A stretch of 64,000 bases of DNA from Verrucomicrobia bacterium SCGC AAA164-E04 (GTDB taxonomy: Bacteria; Verrucomicrobiota; Verrucomicrobiia; Limisphaerales; AAA164-E04), in NCBI GenBank assembly GCA_000383715.1, contig KB912023.1, positions 42,381 through 106,380 of the forward strand, written 5' to 3'. The first letter of the stretch is position 1; each line of letters starts with the position of its first letter. Shown piece after piece: positions 9,500 through 18,657 of the stretch. The notes under the pieces are model-generated. The model saw only the letters and a list, made by a program, of their open reading frames with translations. It had not been told where the DNA came from and ran no database searches. The translations under genes and the position numbers were made by a program.

Positions 9500-10558
9500 A
9501 TGGAATCAAAAAAAACGCACAACACAGTCGCCCTGACCCAATGGTCTCATTGTGCAGGTTGAGCTGCTAAATTAGGTCCTGAAGACCTCGCTCAGGTTCT
9601 GAGCGATTTACCAGCCATCTCCGATCCGAATATTCTTGTAGGAACGCATACTTCGGATGACGCTGCCGTGTACCGCGTTAGCGACGAGCTTGCGATCATT
9701 CAAACGGTTGATTTCTTCACCCCTGTCGTGGACGATCCATATCTCTTCGGAGCGATAGCAGCCGCCAATGCGCTGAGTGATGTTTACGCCATGGGCGGTC
9801 GGCCCACCGTGGCCTTAAATGTCGTCGGCTTTCCCCGTAAAAATAAATCACTGCCTCTCTCAGTGCTCGCGGACATCCTGCGGGGGGGGGCTGACAAAGC
9901 AGCGGAAGCGGGTATTCAAATCGCAGGTGGTCACAGCATTGATGACAGCGAACCCAAGTATGGGCTGAGTGTCACCGGCTTTGTGCATCCCGATCAATAC
10001 TGGACGAACATCGGGGCTAAACCAGGGGATAAACTCATTCTCACGAAACCTATTGGTGTCGGTGTTGTCACGACTGCATTGAGAGCGGGTCACAAGGATA
10101 CTGACATTGAGCGGTCAGCCATCGATTCAATGGCTGCGCTCAATCGAAAGGCATCGGAAATTGGACAGCAGACGCAAGTGCGTGCATGCACCGATGTGAC
10201 CGGGTTTGGATTATTAGGGCATCTACGTGAAATGCTTGATGGGGTAAGTGGCCGTGTTCAGTTATCGAAAGTTCCCTTCCTAAAAGGGGTGCGCCAACTT
10301 GCTGAACTGGATTTTATCCCAGGGGGAACCCATCGGAATCTGGATGCGATCAAACGGTCTGTATATTTTGATGCTGCAATCGACGAAATCGATCAACTGC
10401 TGCTCTGCGATGCCCAGACTTCCGGAGGATTACTGTTCGCCGTTGAACCTGACAAAGCAGCATCTTTGCTCTACGAATTAACCTCAAACAATTTGCATGC
10501 AGCAGAGATTGGCGAATTTACTTCCGACGCCTCCAACAAAATTGAGATCATCCCTTGA
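9500..10558 (+). CDS. selD: Selenide, water dikinase (selenophosphate synthetase) SelD, selenocysteine-containing; TGA 9560-9562 read as Sec
   Basis: ORF 9668..10558 has SelD blocks (DDAAVYRV, DFFTPVVDDPYLFGAIAAANALSDVYAMGG, GGHSIDD, TDVTGFGLLGH, CDAQTSGGLL). The same frame upstream reads ATG(9500) MESKKTHNTVALTQWSHCAG-TGA-AAKLGPEDL. This aligns to E. coli LTQYSHGAGCGCKISPKVL with TGA on Cys17 and the Lys conserved. Confidence 0.85.
9574..9604 (+). promoter_or_regulatory. Candidate bacterial SECIS region (two small hairpins just 3' of the selD UGA)
   Basis: Hairpin 1: AGGTC-CTGAA-GACCT (9574-9588), starting 12 nt after the TGA. Hairpin 2: GCTCAG-GTT-CTGAGC (9590-9604). Both are read directly from the sequence; no energy calculation was done. 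Confidence 0.4.
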
Positions 10559-10693
10559 TTTTGTGGCTACCCTGACTCGTTTTACTTCCATTTCTCTCCG
10601 GAATTCGAATTCTTAAGGGTTGCTTTTTGGTGCAGGAATGATACGTATAGGTATTAATTTTTATATTCACGGAAATGCTGTAACTAAGGATAC

Positions 10694-11884
10694 TTGATGA
10701 TGAACCAGCAAAGATTTTTTCAACCCAAAGCTTTTTGTTTTTTACTGGCTTCTTTTTTGCTCTCGAGCGGATTGCTGGCAGAAGAGAGGGAAACAGTCGA
10801 TACCGCTGAAGGCGTCGCCTCGGCAGATTCATGGCCCATGTATCGAGGGAATCCTTCTCTTGATGGTTTTTCACCTGCGAAACTAGGGGCATCCCTCCAA
10901 GAAATCTGGGTATTTAAAACCCAATCTTCTATCAAATCATCGGCGGCCATTGTCAAACGCCGTGTCTTCATCGGATCGGATGATGGTTTTGTGTATGCCT
11001 TGAATTTGAATGATGGATCGCTCATCTGGAAATTCGAAACTCAGGGGAACGTAGAAAGCTCTCCGCTCGTTCTTGACGACCATGTTTACGTGGGTTCGGG
11101 AGACGGATTCGTTTACAAATTACGGGCCGCAGATGGAAAGCTCGTTTGGAAATATGAAACCGAAGATCAGGTTCTGGGGGGGCCAAATTGGATTCAATCG
11201 CCGGATGGAAAAAATACCTGGATACTGGCAGGGAGTTATGACTTTCGCCTTCATTGCATTCGAGCTGACGATGGCACGAAAGTTTGGGATTATGAAACTG
11301 GAGACTACATCAATGGCTCTCCTGCTGTGTCGAATGGTCAAACCGTATTCGGTGGCTGTGATGCGCTGCTGCATGTCATACAACTTTCTGATGGCAAAAA
11401 GGTCAAAGAGATAGAAGCAGGCGCTTACATTGCTGGGTCCGTCGCCATGGCAGGTTCCAAAGTTTATGTGGGGCATTATGAAAGTGAATTTCTATGTTTC
11501 GACCTCGACCAGGGATCACTCAAATGGAAGTATCGTGACCGTAGCTTTCCTTACTACGCATCACCTGCAATCGTTGAAGACAAAGTCATGATAGGTGGCA
11601 GGGACAGGCAATTGCACTGCTTGAACCGTGAAACGGGGGAACGAATCTGGCGATTTTCCACTCGGGGCAAGGTGGATAGCTCACCAGTAGTTGTGGGCGA
11701 AGAAGTCGTTTTTGGCTCCGAAGACGGCAGGCTCTATCGCGTGCGGCTTGAAGACGGCAAGGAAATCCAGTCCATTGACGTGGGGCAGCCGCTGACGAGT
11801 TCACCTGCAGTGATCAAGGACTGGGTTGTGATCGGTAGTGAGGATGGAAATGTCTATGGTTTTCATGCCAAATCGCAGCTCTGA
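10694..11884 (+). CDS. PQQ-like (BamB-type) beta-propeller repeat protein, secreted
   Basis: Signal peptide, then repeated units of the type GSDDGFVYALNLNDGSLIWKFET, GSGDGFVYKLRAADGKLVWKYET and GSEDGRLYRVRLEDGKE. Confidence 0.85.
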   Translation: MMMNQQRFFQPKAFCFLLASFLLSSGLLAEERETVDTAEGVASADSWPMYRGNPSLDGFSPAKLGASLQEIWVFKTQSSIKSSAAIVKRRVFIGSDDGFVYALNLNDGSLIWKFETQGNVESSPLVLDDHVYVGSGDGFVYKLRAADGKLVWKYETEDQVLGGPNWIQSPDGKNTWILAGSYDFRLHCIRADDGTKVWDYETGDYINGSPAVSNGQTVFGGCDALLHVIQLSDGKKVKEIEAGAYIAGSVAMAGSKVYVGHYESEFLCFDLDQGSLKWKYRDRSFPYYASPAIVEDKVMIGGRDRQLHCLNRETGERIWRFSTRGKVDSSPVVVGEEVVFGSEDGRLYRVRLEDGKEIQSIDVGQPLTSSPAVIKDWVVIGSEDGNVYGFHAKSQL

Positions 11885-11890
11885 TCCAAC

Positions 11891-13292
11891 TTGGCCAAGC
11901 GCAGCAAGAATCAGCAAAGAGGTAAATTACTCAAAATTATGAACGAAGTAGCGAATACAGATTCAGAGACACATGGGCAGATGGAGGCTGAAAAGAAGCC
12001 GACGACAGCGGGCAATTATTTTGTGTCCAATTACCCTCCTTATTCTTTTTGGAAGCCAGATCATGTGGGAGAGTTTCTTGAAGCCATCGAACGTCCTCCA
12101 TCCCCTGATACAAAACTGGGACTTTATCTCCATATTCCATTTTGTCGCAAGCGCTGTCACTTTTGTTACTTCAAAGTTTATACTGACAAGAACGCGACCG
12201 CGATCAACGGATATCTGGAATCGGCCGTTAAAGAGCTAGAAGCGTATGCCTCCAAGCCTTTCATAGGGGGACGAAAACCCAATTTTGTTTATTTTGGGGG
12301 AGGAACTCCTTCGTATCTTTCAGTGCCCCAATTAACGTCATTGACTGATCGAATGAAGGCGGTTCTGCCTTGGGACGAGGCTGAGGAAGTTGCGTTTGAA
12401 TGCGAACCGGGAACTCTAACAGATCAAAAGCTCAAAGCCATCAGGGACGTTGGGGTGACCAGACTCAGTCTGGGGGGTAGAGCATTTCGATGACCACATT
12501 CTTGAAACCAACGGGCGCGCCCATCGATCCAAAGAGGTTTTTAGAGCTTATCAATACGCCCGTGAGATTGAATTCCCACAGGTGAACATTGATCTCATTG
12601 CTGGGATGTTGGAGGAGACTGAAGAAAAATGGAAAATGGCTGTTGAACGCACTCTTGAGCTGGGGCCAGACAGCGTGACCATTTATCAAATGGAAGTGCC
12701 TTTCAACACGGGGATTTACCGTCAGATGAAAGATTCAGGGCAGTTGACAGCTCCTGTGGCCGATTGGGTAACCAAGCGTCGATGGGTTGATTATGCTTTT
12801 GGAGAGTTGGAGAAGGAAGGTTATACTGTAACTAGCGCCTACACAGCCGTTAAAGATAAAGAACGAACCAAATTTATCTACCGGGACCGGCTCTGGGAAG
12901 GCGCCGATCTTCTCTCCGTTGGTGTGGCTTCCTTTGGGCACATCGGTGGAACACATTACCAGAACAACGCCGATTTCGAACCCTATGTGAATGCGATTCT
13001 GGATGGTAATTTGCCTGTGTTCCGCGCACTTACTCCATCGAACGAAGAACGCTTGATACGGGAGTTCATACTGCAACTTAAGCTCGGGCATACGCGCTGC
13101 AGTTATTTTGATCAAAAATTCGGAGTGAATGTGAAAAAGAAATTTGAGGCACCACTCAAGCGAATTGCCGATTGGGGCTTCCTGAAGATTGATGGAGATG
13201 AGATTAAGTTGAATCGTGAAGGATTACTCCAAGTGGACCGTTTGCTTCATGAATTTTTTCTGCCACAGCATCTAACTCAAAGGCTCGTTTAA
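11891..13292 (+). pseudogene. HemN-type radical SAM protein (oxygen-independent coproporphyrinogen III oxidase family), interrupted by a 1-nt frameshift in a G6 run
   Basis: ORFs 11891..12493 and 12582..13292 are two halves of one HemN-like protein. Motifs: YPPYSFW, radical SAM CRKRCHFC, YFGGGTPSYL. Dropping one G of 12472-12477 gives a continuous [49 protein letters not shown], matching the HemN core. The start may be TTG 11891 or ATG 11939. Confidence 0.8.
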
Positions 13293-13294
13293 GC

Positions 13295-13888
13295 ATGGCA
13301 AAAGAGAATAGTGAATCATCACTGTCCCTTCTTGCTGAAACGTCTTCGTTTTGGTACCCGCTGGATTATTGTTATCAGCGGCAAAGCATGGTTCTCCCAA
13401 AGTTGGAGCAAGTGGAACCGGATCAAATTCCTCAACCGTTTCAAAGTTTGCTTGTACATCAAAAGGACATGACACCAACGCTCGAAGGGTTTCACGGCGA
13501 CCAGATTTACATAGAGGTCCTTCACAGAGATTATTCTGATCAGTATTACTTCCGTGAAGTGGTCCTGAAGCTTGAGAAAAGTCACCAGCCAGTAGAATTT
13601 GGGGCGATCCGTATCTTTCTGGAAAGGCTTCCCAGAAGTGCTCGTGAAGCTATCCTGAAAGAACACATGCCCCTAGGACACATTCTCGAAAATCACCAAG
13701 TGGAACATGTCAGTTGTCCGATTGGTTATCTTAGAATGGAGCCCGATCAATTAATCAAGAAGACGCTTGGTGATTCCAATGGGCAATGGCATTACGGACG
13801 GAGGAACCGCCTGTCCAATCCATCAGGAGAATCACTGGCCGAAATTATTGAAATCCTACCTGAAACTCAAATAGAGCTTGAAAGTTGA
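13295..13888 (+). CDS. DUF98 / chorismate pyruvate-lyase-like protein
   Basis: 197 aa, starting 2 bp after the radical SAM stop. The C-terminal YGRRNRLSNPSGESLAEIIEILPE resembles the UbiC-type WGRRSRL...LLLTELFLP block. PLGHIL lies upstream. The assignment is by motif only. Confidence 0.55.
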   Translation: MAKENSESSLSLLAETSSFWYPLDYCYQRQSMVLPKLEQVEPDQIPQPFQSLLVHQKDMTPTLEGFHGDQIYIEVLHRDYSDQYYFREVVLKLEKSHQPVEFGAIRIFLERLPRSAREAILKEHMPLGHILENHQVEHVSCPIGYLRMEPDQLIKKTLGDSNGQWHYGRRNRLSNPSGESLAEIIEILPETQIELES

Positions 13889-13906
13889 GGGAACTAAGCA
13901 AACTTA

Positions 13907-15190
13907 ATGTTAATGCACAAAGAATACGATGTTGTGATTATTGGTGCCGGTCCGTCCGGTTGTAGCGCAGCCAGCATCCTGGCAGAGGATGGTCATCGGG
14001 TCCTTATTCTGGAGCGTGAAAAGTTCCCACGCTATCGGGTTGGCGAATCCATGATCCCCTTTACCTACTTTCCACTGAAGCGTCTCGGCCTTATTGAGCG
14101 CATGCGGCAATCTCATTTTGTCAAAAAGCACAGCGTTCAATTTGTGACTCCATCAGGAGAAACATCCCAGCCTTTCTACTTTTCCACACGCTATGATGAA
14201 AATGTGTCTCAGACATGGCAGGTCGTTCGTTCCGAGTTTGATCAGATGATGCTGGACCATGCGGTTGAAAAAGGAGTCGACATCATTGAGGAAACAAACG
14301 TCAAAGACCTTTTGAGGGACGAAAATCAGTCCGTTACGGGCGTCAAATACCAGGACAGGGATGGTAATGTTTCTGAGGTGCGCGCTCGAATCACTCTGGA
14401 CGGGTCAGGTAAGGAAGCTTTCTCCGTAGCCAAGAACAAATGGCGTGAGCGTGATCCCCACCTTAACAAAGTGGCCGTCTGGACTTATTATCAGGATGCG
14501 AAAAGAGATGAAGGCATTGATGCGGGGGCTACCACAGTGGCATTTGTACCCGAAAAAGGATGGTTCTGGTTCATTCCTCAGCACAATAACATAACTTCTG
14601 TAGGGATCGTGGCAGAGGCCAAGTATCTCACCCGCGATGGCGTTAAAAAGCCTGAAGACATATTCAATCGGGAAATTACTGAGAATAAATGGATCCGCCA
14701 ATACCTTTCCGAAGGCGAACCCGTTGGACCTTATCGTGCGACGAGTGAATACACCTTTCGTTCGAGGTATTCTTCTGAAAAAGGTCTTTTGCTCATTGGC
14801 GATGCATTTGGTTTCCTGGATCCGGTCTTTTCCTCAGGTTTGCTCATCGCATTGAAGAGTGGAGTGCTTGCCGGTGAAACGGTGAGCCAATGCCTCAAGG
14901 ATGATGATCTGTCACCGGGCAGGTTTTCTGAGTACAGCCGGGTCATGTGCGAAGGCATTGAGAATATGCGCAAACTTGTTTACGCCTTCTATAATGAGAA
15001 ATTCAGCTTCAAGGATCTGATTGATAAGTATCCTGAAGTAGGTGGAGATGTGACCGATTGTCTTTCTGGTGACGTGAATAAGGATTTTTCTGTTTTATGG
15101 GAGAAAATCAGGGATTTTGCTGAAATTCCTGAAGATCTCCCCTACGGTATGCCTCTGACTAAACCGCAAACTGACATCTCGCCTGCATGA
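13907..15190 (+). CDS. FAD-dependent oxidoreductase of the flavin-dependent halogenase family (GxGxxG + WxWxIP)
   Basis: YDVVIIGAGPSGCSAA (Rossmann GxGxxG), GESMIP, FVKKHSVQF (candidate catalytic Lys region), GWFWFIP (WxWxIP, nt 14561-14578) and GDAFGFLDPVFSSG. Confidence 0.75.
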   Translation: MLMHKEYDVVIIGAGPSGCSAASILAEDGHRVLILEREKFPRYRVGESMIPFTYFPLKRLGLIERMRQSHFVKKHSVQFVTPSGETSQPFYFSTRYDENVSQTWQVVRSEFDQMMLDHAVEKGVDIIEETNVKDLLRDENQSVTGVKYQDRDGNVSEVRARITLDGSGKEAFSVAKNKWRERDPHLNKVAVWTYYQDAKRDEGIDAGATTVAFVPEKGWFWFIPQHNNITSVGIVAEAKYLTRDGVKKPEDIFNREITENKWIRQYLSEGEPVGPYRATSEYTFRSRYSSEKGLLLIGDAFGFLDPVFSSGLLIALKSGVLAGETVSQCLKDDDLSPGRFSEYSRVMCEGIENMRKLVYAFYNEKFSFKDLIDKYPEVGGDVTDCLSGDVNKDFSVLWEKIRDFAEIPEDLPYGMPLTKPQTDISPA

Positions 15191-16476
15191 AGATCGTTCA
15201 GATCACTCCTGGCGCAGGGGGGATGTATTGCGGTGGTTGTTTTCGGGACAATACCCTTGTCAAATCCTTGAGGGATGAGGGTCATGAAGTGTTGATGGTC
15301 CCTTTGTATCTGCCTTTGACACTTGAAGACGTCGATCAAAGCTCAGAAACACCTATTTTCTTTGGAGGCATCAACGTGTTTCTAGATCAAACGCTGGGAT
15401 TCTTCCGGAAATTACCTGCAAGCTGGACCGCTTGGCTGAATCGGCGCTCCATCTTGAAAAGAATATCTAGATTTGCTGCTCAAACGCGTCCCGAAGATGT
15501 TGGGGAATTAACGGTTTCCATGCTGATGGGAGAGGATGGCCGTCAGCGAAAAGAACTCGATCAACTCATTCACTGGCTGAAAGGCCAGATCCAGCCAGAT
15601 GTCGTTTGTCTCTCAAATGCCCTGCTAATAGGGATGGCTGCCGAATTGAAATCCAAATTGAACTGTCCTGTGCTTTGCACGCTTCAAGGAGAAGATACCT
15701 TTTTGGATGCACTGCCTGAGCCGAATCGACAGGAGGCCTGGGGCGTATTGAAAAAGCGCATCACAGACATTGATGCCTTCATCGCTCCAAGTCGATATTT
15801 CGGGGAGCTCATGCAATCACGCTTGGGTTTTCACGCGGATCGATTGCATGTCGTTCCCAACGGTATTCCTGTGGGTGGATATCAGCGAAGTAAACTGCCA
15901 GATGATCCAGCTGTGTTGGGTTACTTCGCCAGAATGTGCGAAGCGAAAGGCCTTCTTTTATTGGTGGATGCCTATATCGAATTAAAAAAACTTCCCAACT
16001 ATCAGGCCATGAGGTTGATGGTTGGGGGCGGAATGGGCCCCTCTGACGAGCCTGTCGTTGAAGCTCTGAAGACCAAGCTGAATCAAGCAGGTTGTCTGGA
16101 CGACGTGACTTGGCATCCTAATCTAGATCGCGAAGAAAAACTCGAGTTCTTCTCGAAACTTACTGTTTTCTCTGTCCCGGCACTCTACGGTGAAACCTAT
16201 GGGCTATACTTACTCGAAGCCATGGCGGCAGGCGTTCCCGTGATACAGCCGCCCCACGCTGCTTTTCCTGAGATTATCGAAGCAACGGGTGGGGGAGTGA
16301 TGACTGCAGGATTGAGTAAAGATGATCTGGCCGAAAGCATCGGCAGTCTTCTTGAGGATAAAACCCGATTAAAACATACTGCTGATGCTGCCGTTCAATC
16401 CGTGAATCAATCTCATCAATCCATTCACATGGCAAAACGTGTTCTGGAAGTTTACCAGTCTGTGCTTGATATTTGA
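15187..16476 (+). CDS. Glycosyltransferase family 4 (GT-B fold)
   Basis: The ATGA start/stop overlaps the preceding gene. The C-terminal GETYGLYLLEAMAAGVPVIQP is the E-x7-E-type GT4 motif. Confidence 0.85.
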   Translation: MKIVQITPGAGGMYCGGCFRDNTLVKSLRDEGHEVLMVPLYLPLTLEDVDQSSETPIFFGGINVFLDQTLGFFRKLPASWTAWLNRRSILKRISRFAAQTRPEDVGELTVSMLMGEDGRQRKELDQLIHWLKGQIQPDVVCLSNALLIGMAAELKSKLNCPVLCTLQGEDTFLDALPEPNRQEAWGVLKKRITDIDAFIAPSRYFGELMQSRLGFHADRLHVVPNGIPVGGYQRSKLPDDPAVLGYFARMCEAKGLLLLVDAYIELKKLPNYQAMRLMVGGGMGPSDEPVVEALKTKLNQAGCLDDVTWHPNLDREEKLEFFSKLTVFSVPALYGETYGLYLLEAMAAGVPVIQPPHAAFPEIIEATGGGVMTAGLSKDDLAESIGSLLEDKTRLKHTADAAVQSVNQSHQSIHMAKRVLEVYQSVLDI

Positions 16477-16794
16477 CGAAACCGGTTGTCGGTAAGGATC
16501 CAGTCAGTTTTCCCTGCCATCCTTTCGGCTGTATACAATCTTCTGCTTTTGTCCCAAAAGTTTGAACGGCTTGTGCCAGTCAGGGTGATCTTGGCTTTAA
16601 ACGAATCCCATAACAACAGTTCAAAACACGCTTTCTCCCTGAATTGGAAAACCCTAGGTCATTGGTGAAGGATCTATCAGAGACTCCTTTTTTTTCGCTC
16701 CCAGCGATCTGGAACCTCTTGAAATATTGAATGTGATCTGTGGATTCAACCGGATTGGGCTTTGCAAATTATCACCTCTTTGTTAGAAAAAAAC

Positions 16795-18657
16795 ATGCTC
16801 TCCAGTTTTTTGAAACGGTGTCTGATGGCCGGAAGTAGTTTGCTTGTCCTGAGTGTTTTGTTGGCTGAGGATCGTCCGAACATTTTATGGATTACAAGTG
16901 AGGACAATGGTCCACATATGGGTTGCTACGGTGATGAGTATGCCATTACACCCAATCTGGACGCGTTGGCGGTCAAAGGTCTTATTTATCAAAATGCATG
17001 GTCAACGGCTCCCGTTTGTGCCCCGGCCCGAACAACCCTCATTTCAGGCGTTTATCCTCCATCAACCGGCGGCCAGCATATGCGCAGCATGACGCCCCTC
17101 CCATCTTTCATGAAGATGTATCCGCAATACCTCAGGTCCTTGGGGTATTATTGCACCAACAACAGCAAAAAGGACTATAATTTGGAAGAGAAGGGGAAGG
17201 TTTGGGACGAATCCTCAAGAAAAGCCCATTGGGAAAACCGCGAACCAGGGCAACCATTTTTTGCCATCTTCAATATCACCATCAGTCACGAAAGTCAGAT
17301 CAGGCGGCGGCCGCACAAAGCCGTCCAGGATCCAGCGAAAGTCCGCATACCATCCTACCATCCTGATACGCCTGAGGTGAGACAGGATTGGGCGCAATAC
17401 CATGACAAGATGTCTGAAATGGATGCTATAGCCGGTAAATATTTACGTGAATTAAGAGAAGCTGGCCTTGAAGATGATACCGTCGTGTTCTACTACGGTG
17501 ATCATGGATCAGGGATGCCACGCAGCAAGCGTTGGCCTTATAATTCGGGGTTGCGCGTGCCTTTGATCGTGCATGTCCCCGAAAAATACAAACACCTGGC
17601 TCCCTCCGATTATCAAGCAGGCGGTGATACGGATCGATTGGTTGGATTCATTGATATGGCTCCAACCCTGTTGAGCATCGTGGGGATGACCCCGCCTGAG
17701 CACATGCAAGGCAATGCATTCATGGGCAGGTACGAAGTGGACCCTGTTGATTATCAATTTGGATTCCGTGGACGTATGGATGAGCGATATGATCTTGTGC
17801 GCTCAGTGAGGGACAAGCGTTACATTTATATTCGTAACTACATGCCTCACCGGATCTATGGCCAGTATATTCAATACATGTTTCAGACTCCGACGACTCG
17901 TGTATGGAAGCAAATGTATGACGAAGGTGAGCTTAAAGCGCCTCAAACATATTTCTGGGAAGAAAAGCCCGCAGAAGAGTTATATGATTTGGAATACGAT
18001 CCAGACGAAGTCAAGAATCTGGTCGAATCTCCCTCGCATCGAGCGGTTCTCAAACGATTCCGGAAAGTGCATCAGCACTGGGTGCTCGAAACGCGCGATC
18101 TAGGTTTTCTTCCTGAAGGTGAAATCCACGCAAGAGGGGGCGATAAGACACCATACGAAATGGGACAGGACAGGGCTGACTACAATCTGGAAGCTATTTT
18201 CGAAACTGCTCAAATGGCGGCTGGTCGTGATGAGGTTTCGATACCAGGTTTGCTGGATGCTCTCAAATCAGATGACAGCGCCATTCGATATTGGGGAGCG
18301 CTTGGTTTGTTGATCCGAGGTGAATCTGCAGTGCAACAAAACAAATCGCCACTGCTGCAAGCATTGAAAGATGAATCCCCATATGTACGCGCGGTTGCAG
18401 GAGAAGCCTTGGGGCGTTTTACTGAGGGGCATCTGGATAATGTTTTGGAAACGTTGGTGGGTGCCTCCAACATGGCTGAAGATGGGGTGTTTCCGGCAAT
18501 GTATAGCCTCAATGCACTCCAAATGCTTGGCGGAAAAGCTGTGTCTGTGCGTGATCAAATCAAAGCATTGCCACGCAAGAGTGCCAAGCAACTGGGGCGA
18601 ATCGGTGGTTACGTGCCGCGGCTTCTGGAGAAACTGAATGAGGATTTAAGTCACTAG
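16795..18657 (+). CDS. Cys-type sulfatase fused to C-terminal HEAT-like repeats
   Basis: PNILWITSEDNGPHMGCYGD, sulfatase signature CAPARTTLISGVY and YYGDHG. The C-terminal ~130 aa carries HEAT-like units (SDDSAIRYWGALGLL, DESPYVRAVAGEALGRF). The ORF opens at TTG 16762; ATG 16795 starts the signal peptide MLSSFLKRCLMAGSSLLVLSVLLA. Confidence 0.85.
   Translation: MLSSFLKRCLMAGSSLLVLSVLLAEDRPNILWITSEDNGPHMGCYGDEYAITPNLDALAVKGLIYQNAWSTAPVCAPARTTLISGVYPPSTGGQHMRSMTPLPSFMKMYPQYLRSLGYYCTNNSKKDYNLEEKGKVWDESSRKAHWENREPGQPFFAIFNITISHESQIRRRPHKAVQDPAKVRIPSYHPDTPEVRQDWAQYHDKMSEMDAIAGKYLRELREAGLEDDTVVFYYGDHGSGMPRSKRWPYNSGLRVPLIVHVPEKYKHLAPSDYQAGGDTDRLVGFIDMAPTLLSIVGMTPPEHMQGNAFMGRYEVDPVDYQFGFRGRMDERYDLVRSVRDKRYIYIRNYMPHRIYGQYIQYMFQTPTTRVWKQMYDEGELKAPQTYFWEEKPAEELYDLEYDPDEVKNLVESPSHRAVLKRFRKVHQHWVLETRDLGFLPEGEIHARGGDKTPYEMGQDRADYNLEAIFETAQMAAGRDEVSIPGLLDALKSDDSAIRYWGALGLLIRGESAVQQNKSPLLQALKDESPYVRAVAGEALGRFTEGHLDNVLETLVGASNMAEDGVFPAMYSLNALQMLGGKAVSVRDQIKALPRKSAKQLGRIGGYVPRLLEKLNEDLSH

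Noticed and set aside
9358-9570. 70-aa plus-strand ORF upstream of selD
   Set aside because: It overlaps the selD N-terminal region in a different frame and has no motif. The selD frame read with TGA as Sec explains this DNA with strong family similarity.
12582-13292. GTG 12582 as the start of an independent 236-aa gene
   Set aside because: The product would begin in the middle of the conserved HemN NIDLI.G block. The 105 nt upstream encode the missing conserved segment in the same frame, so it is the 3' part of a frameshifted gene.
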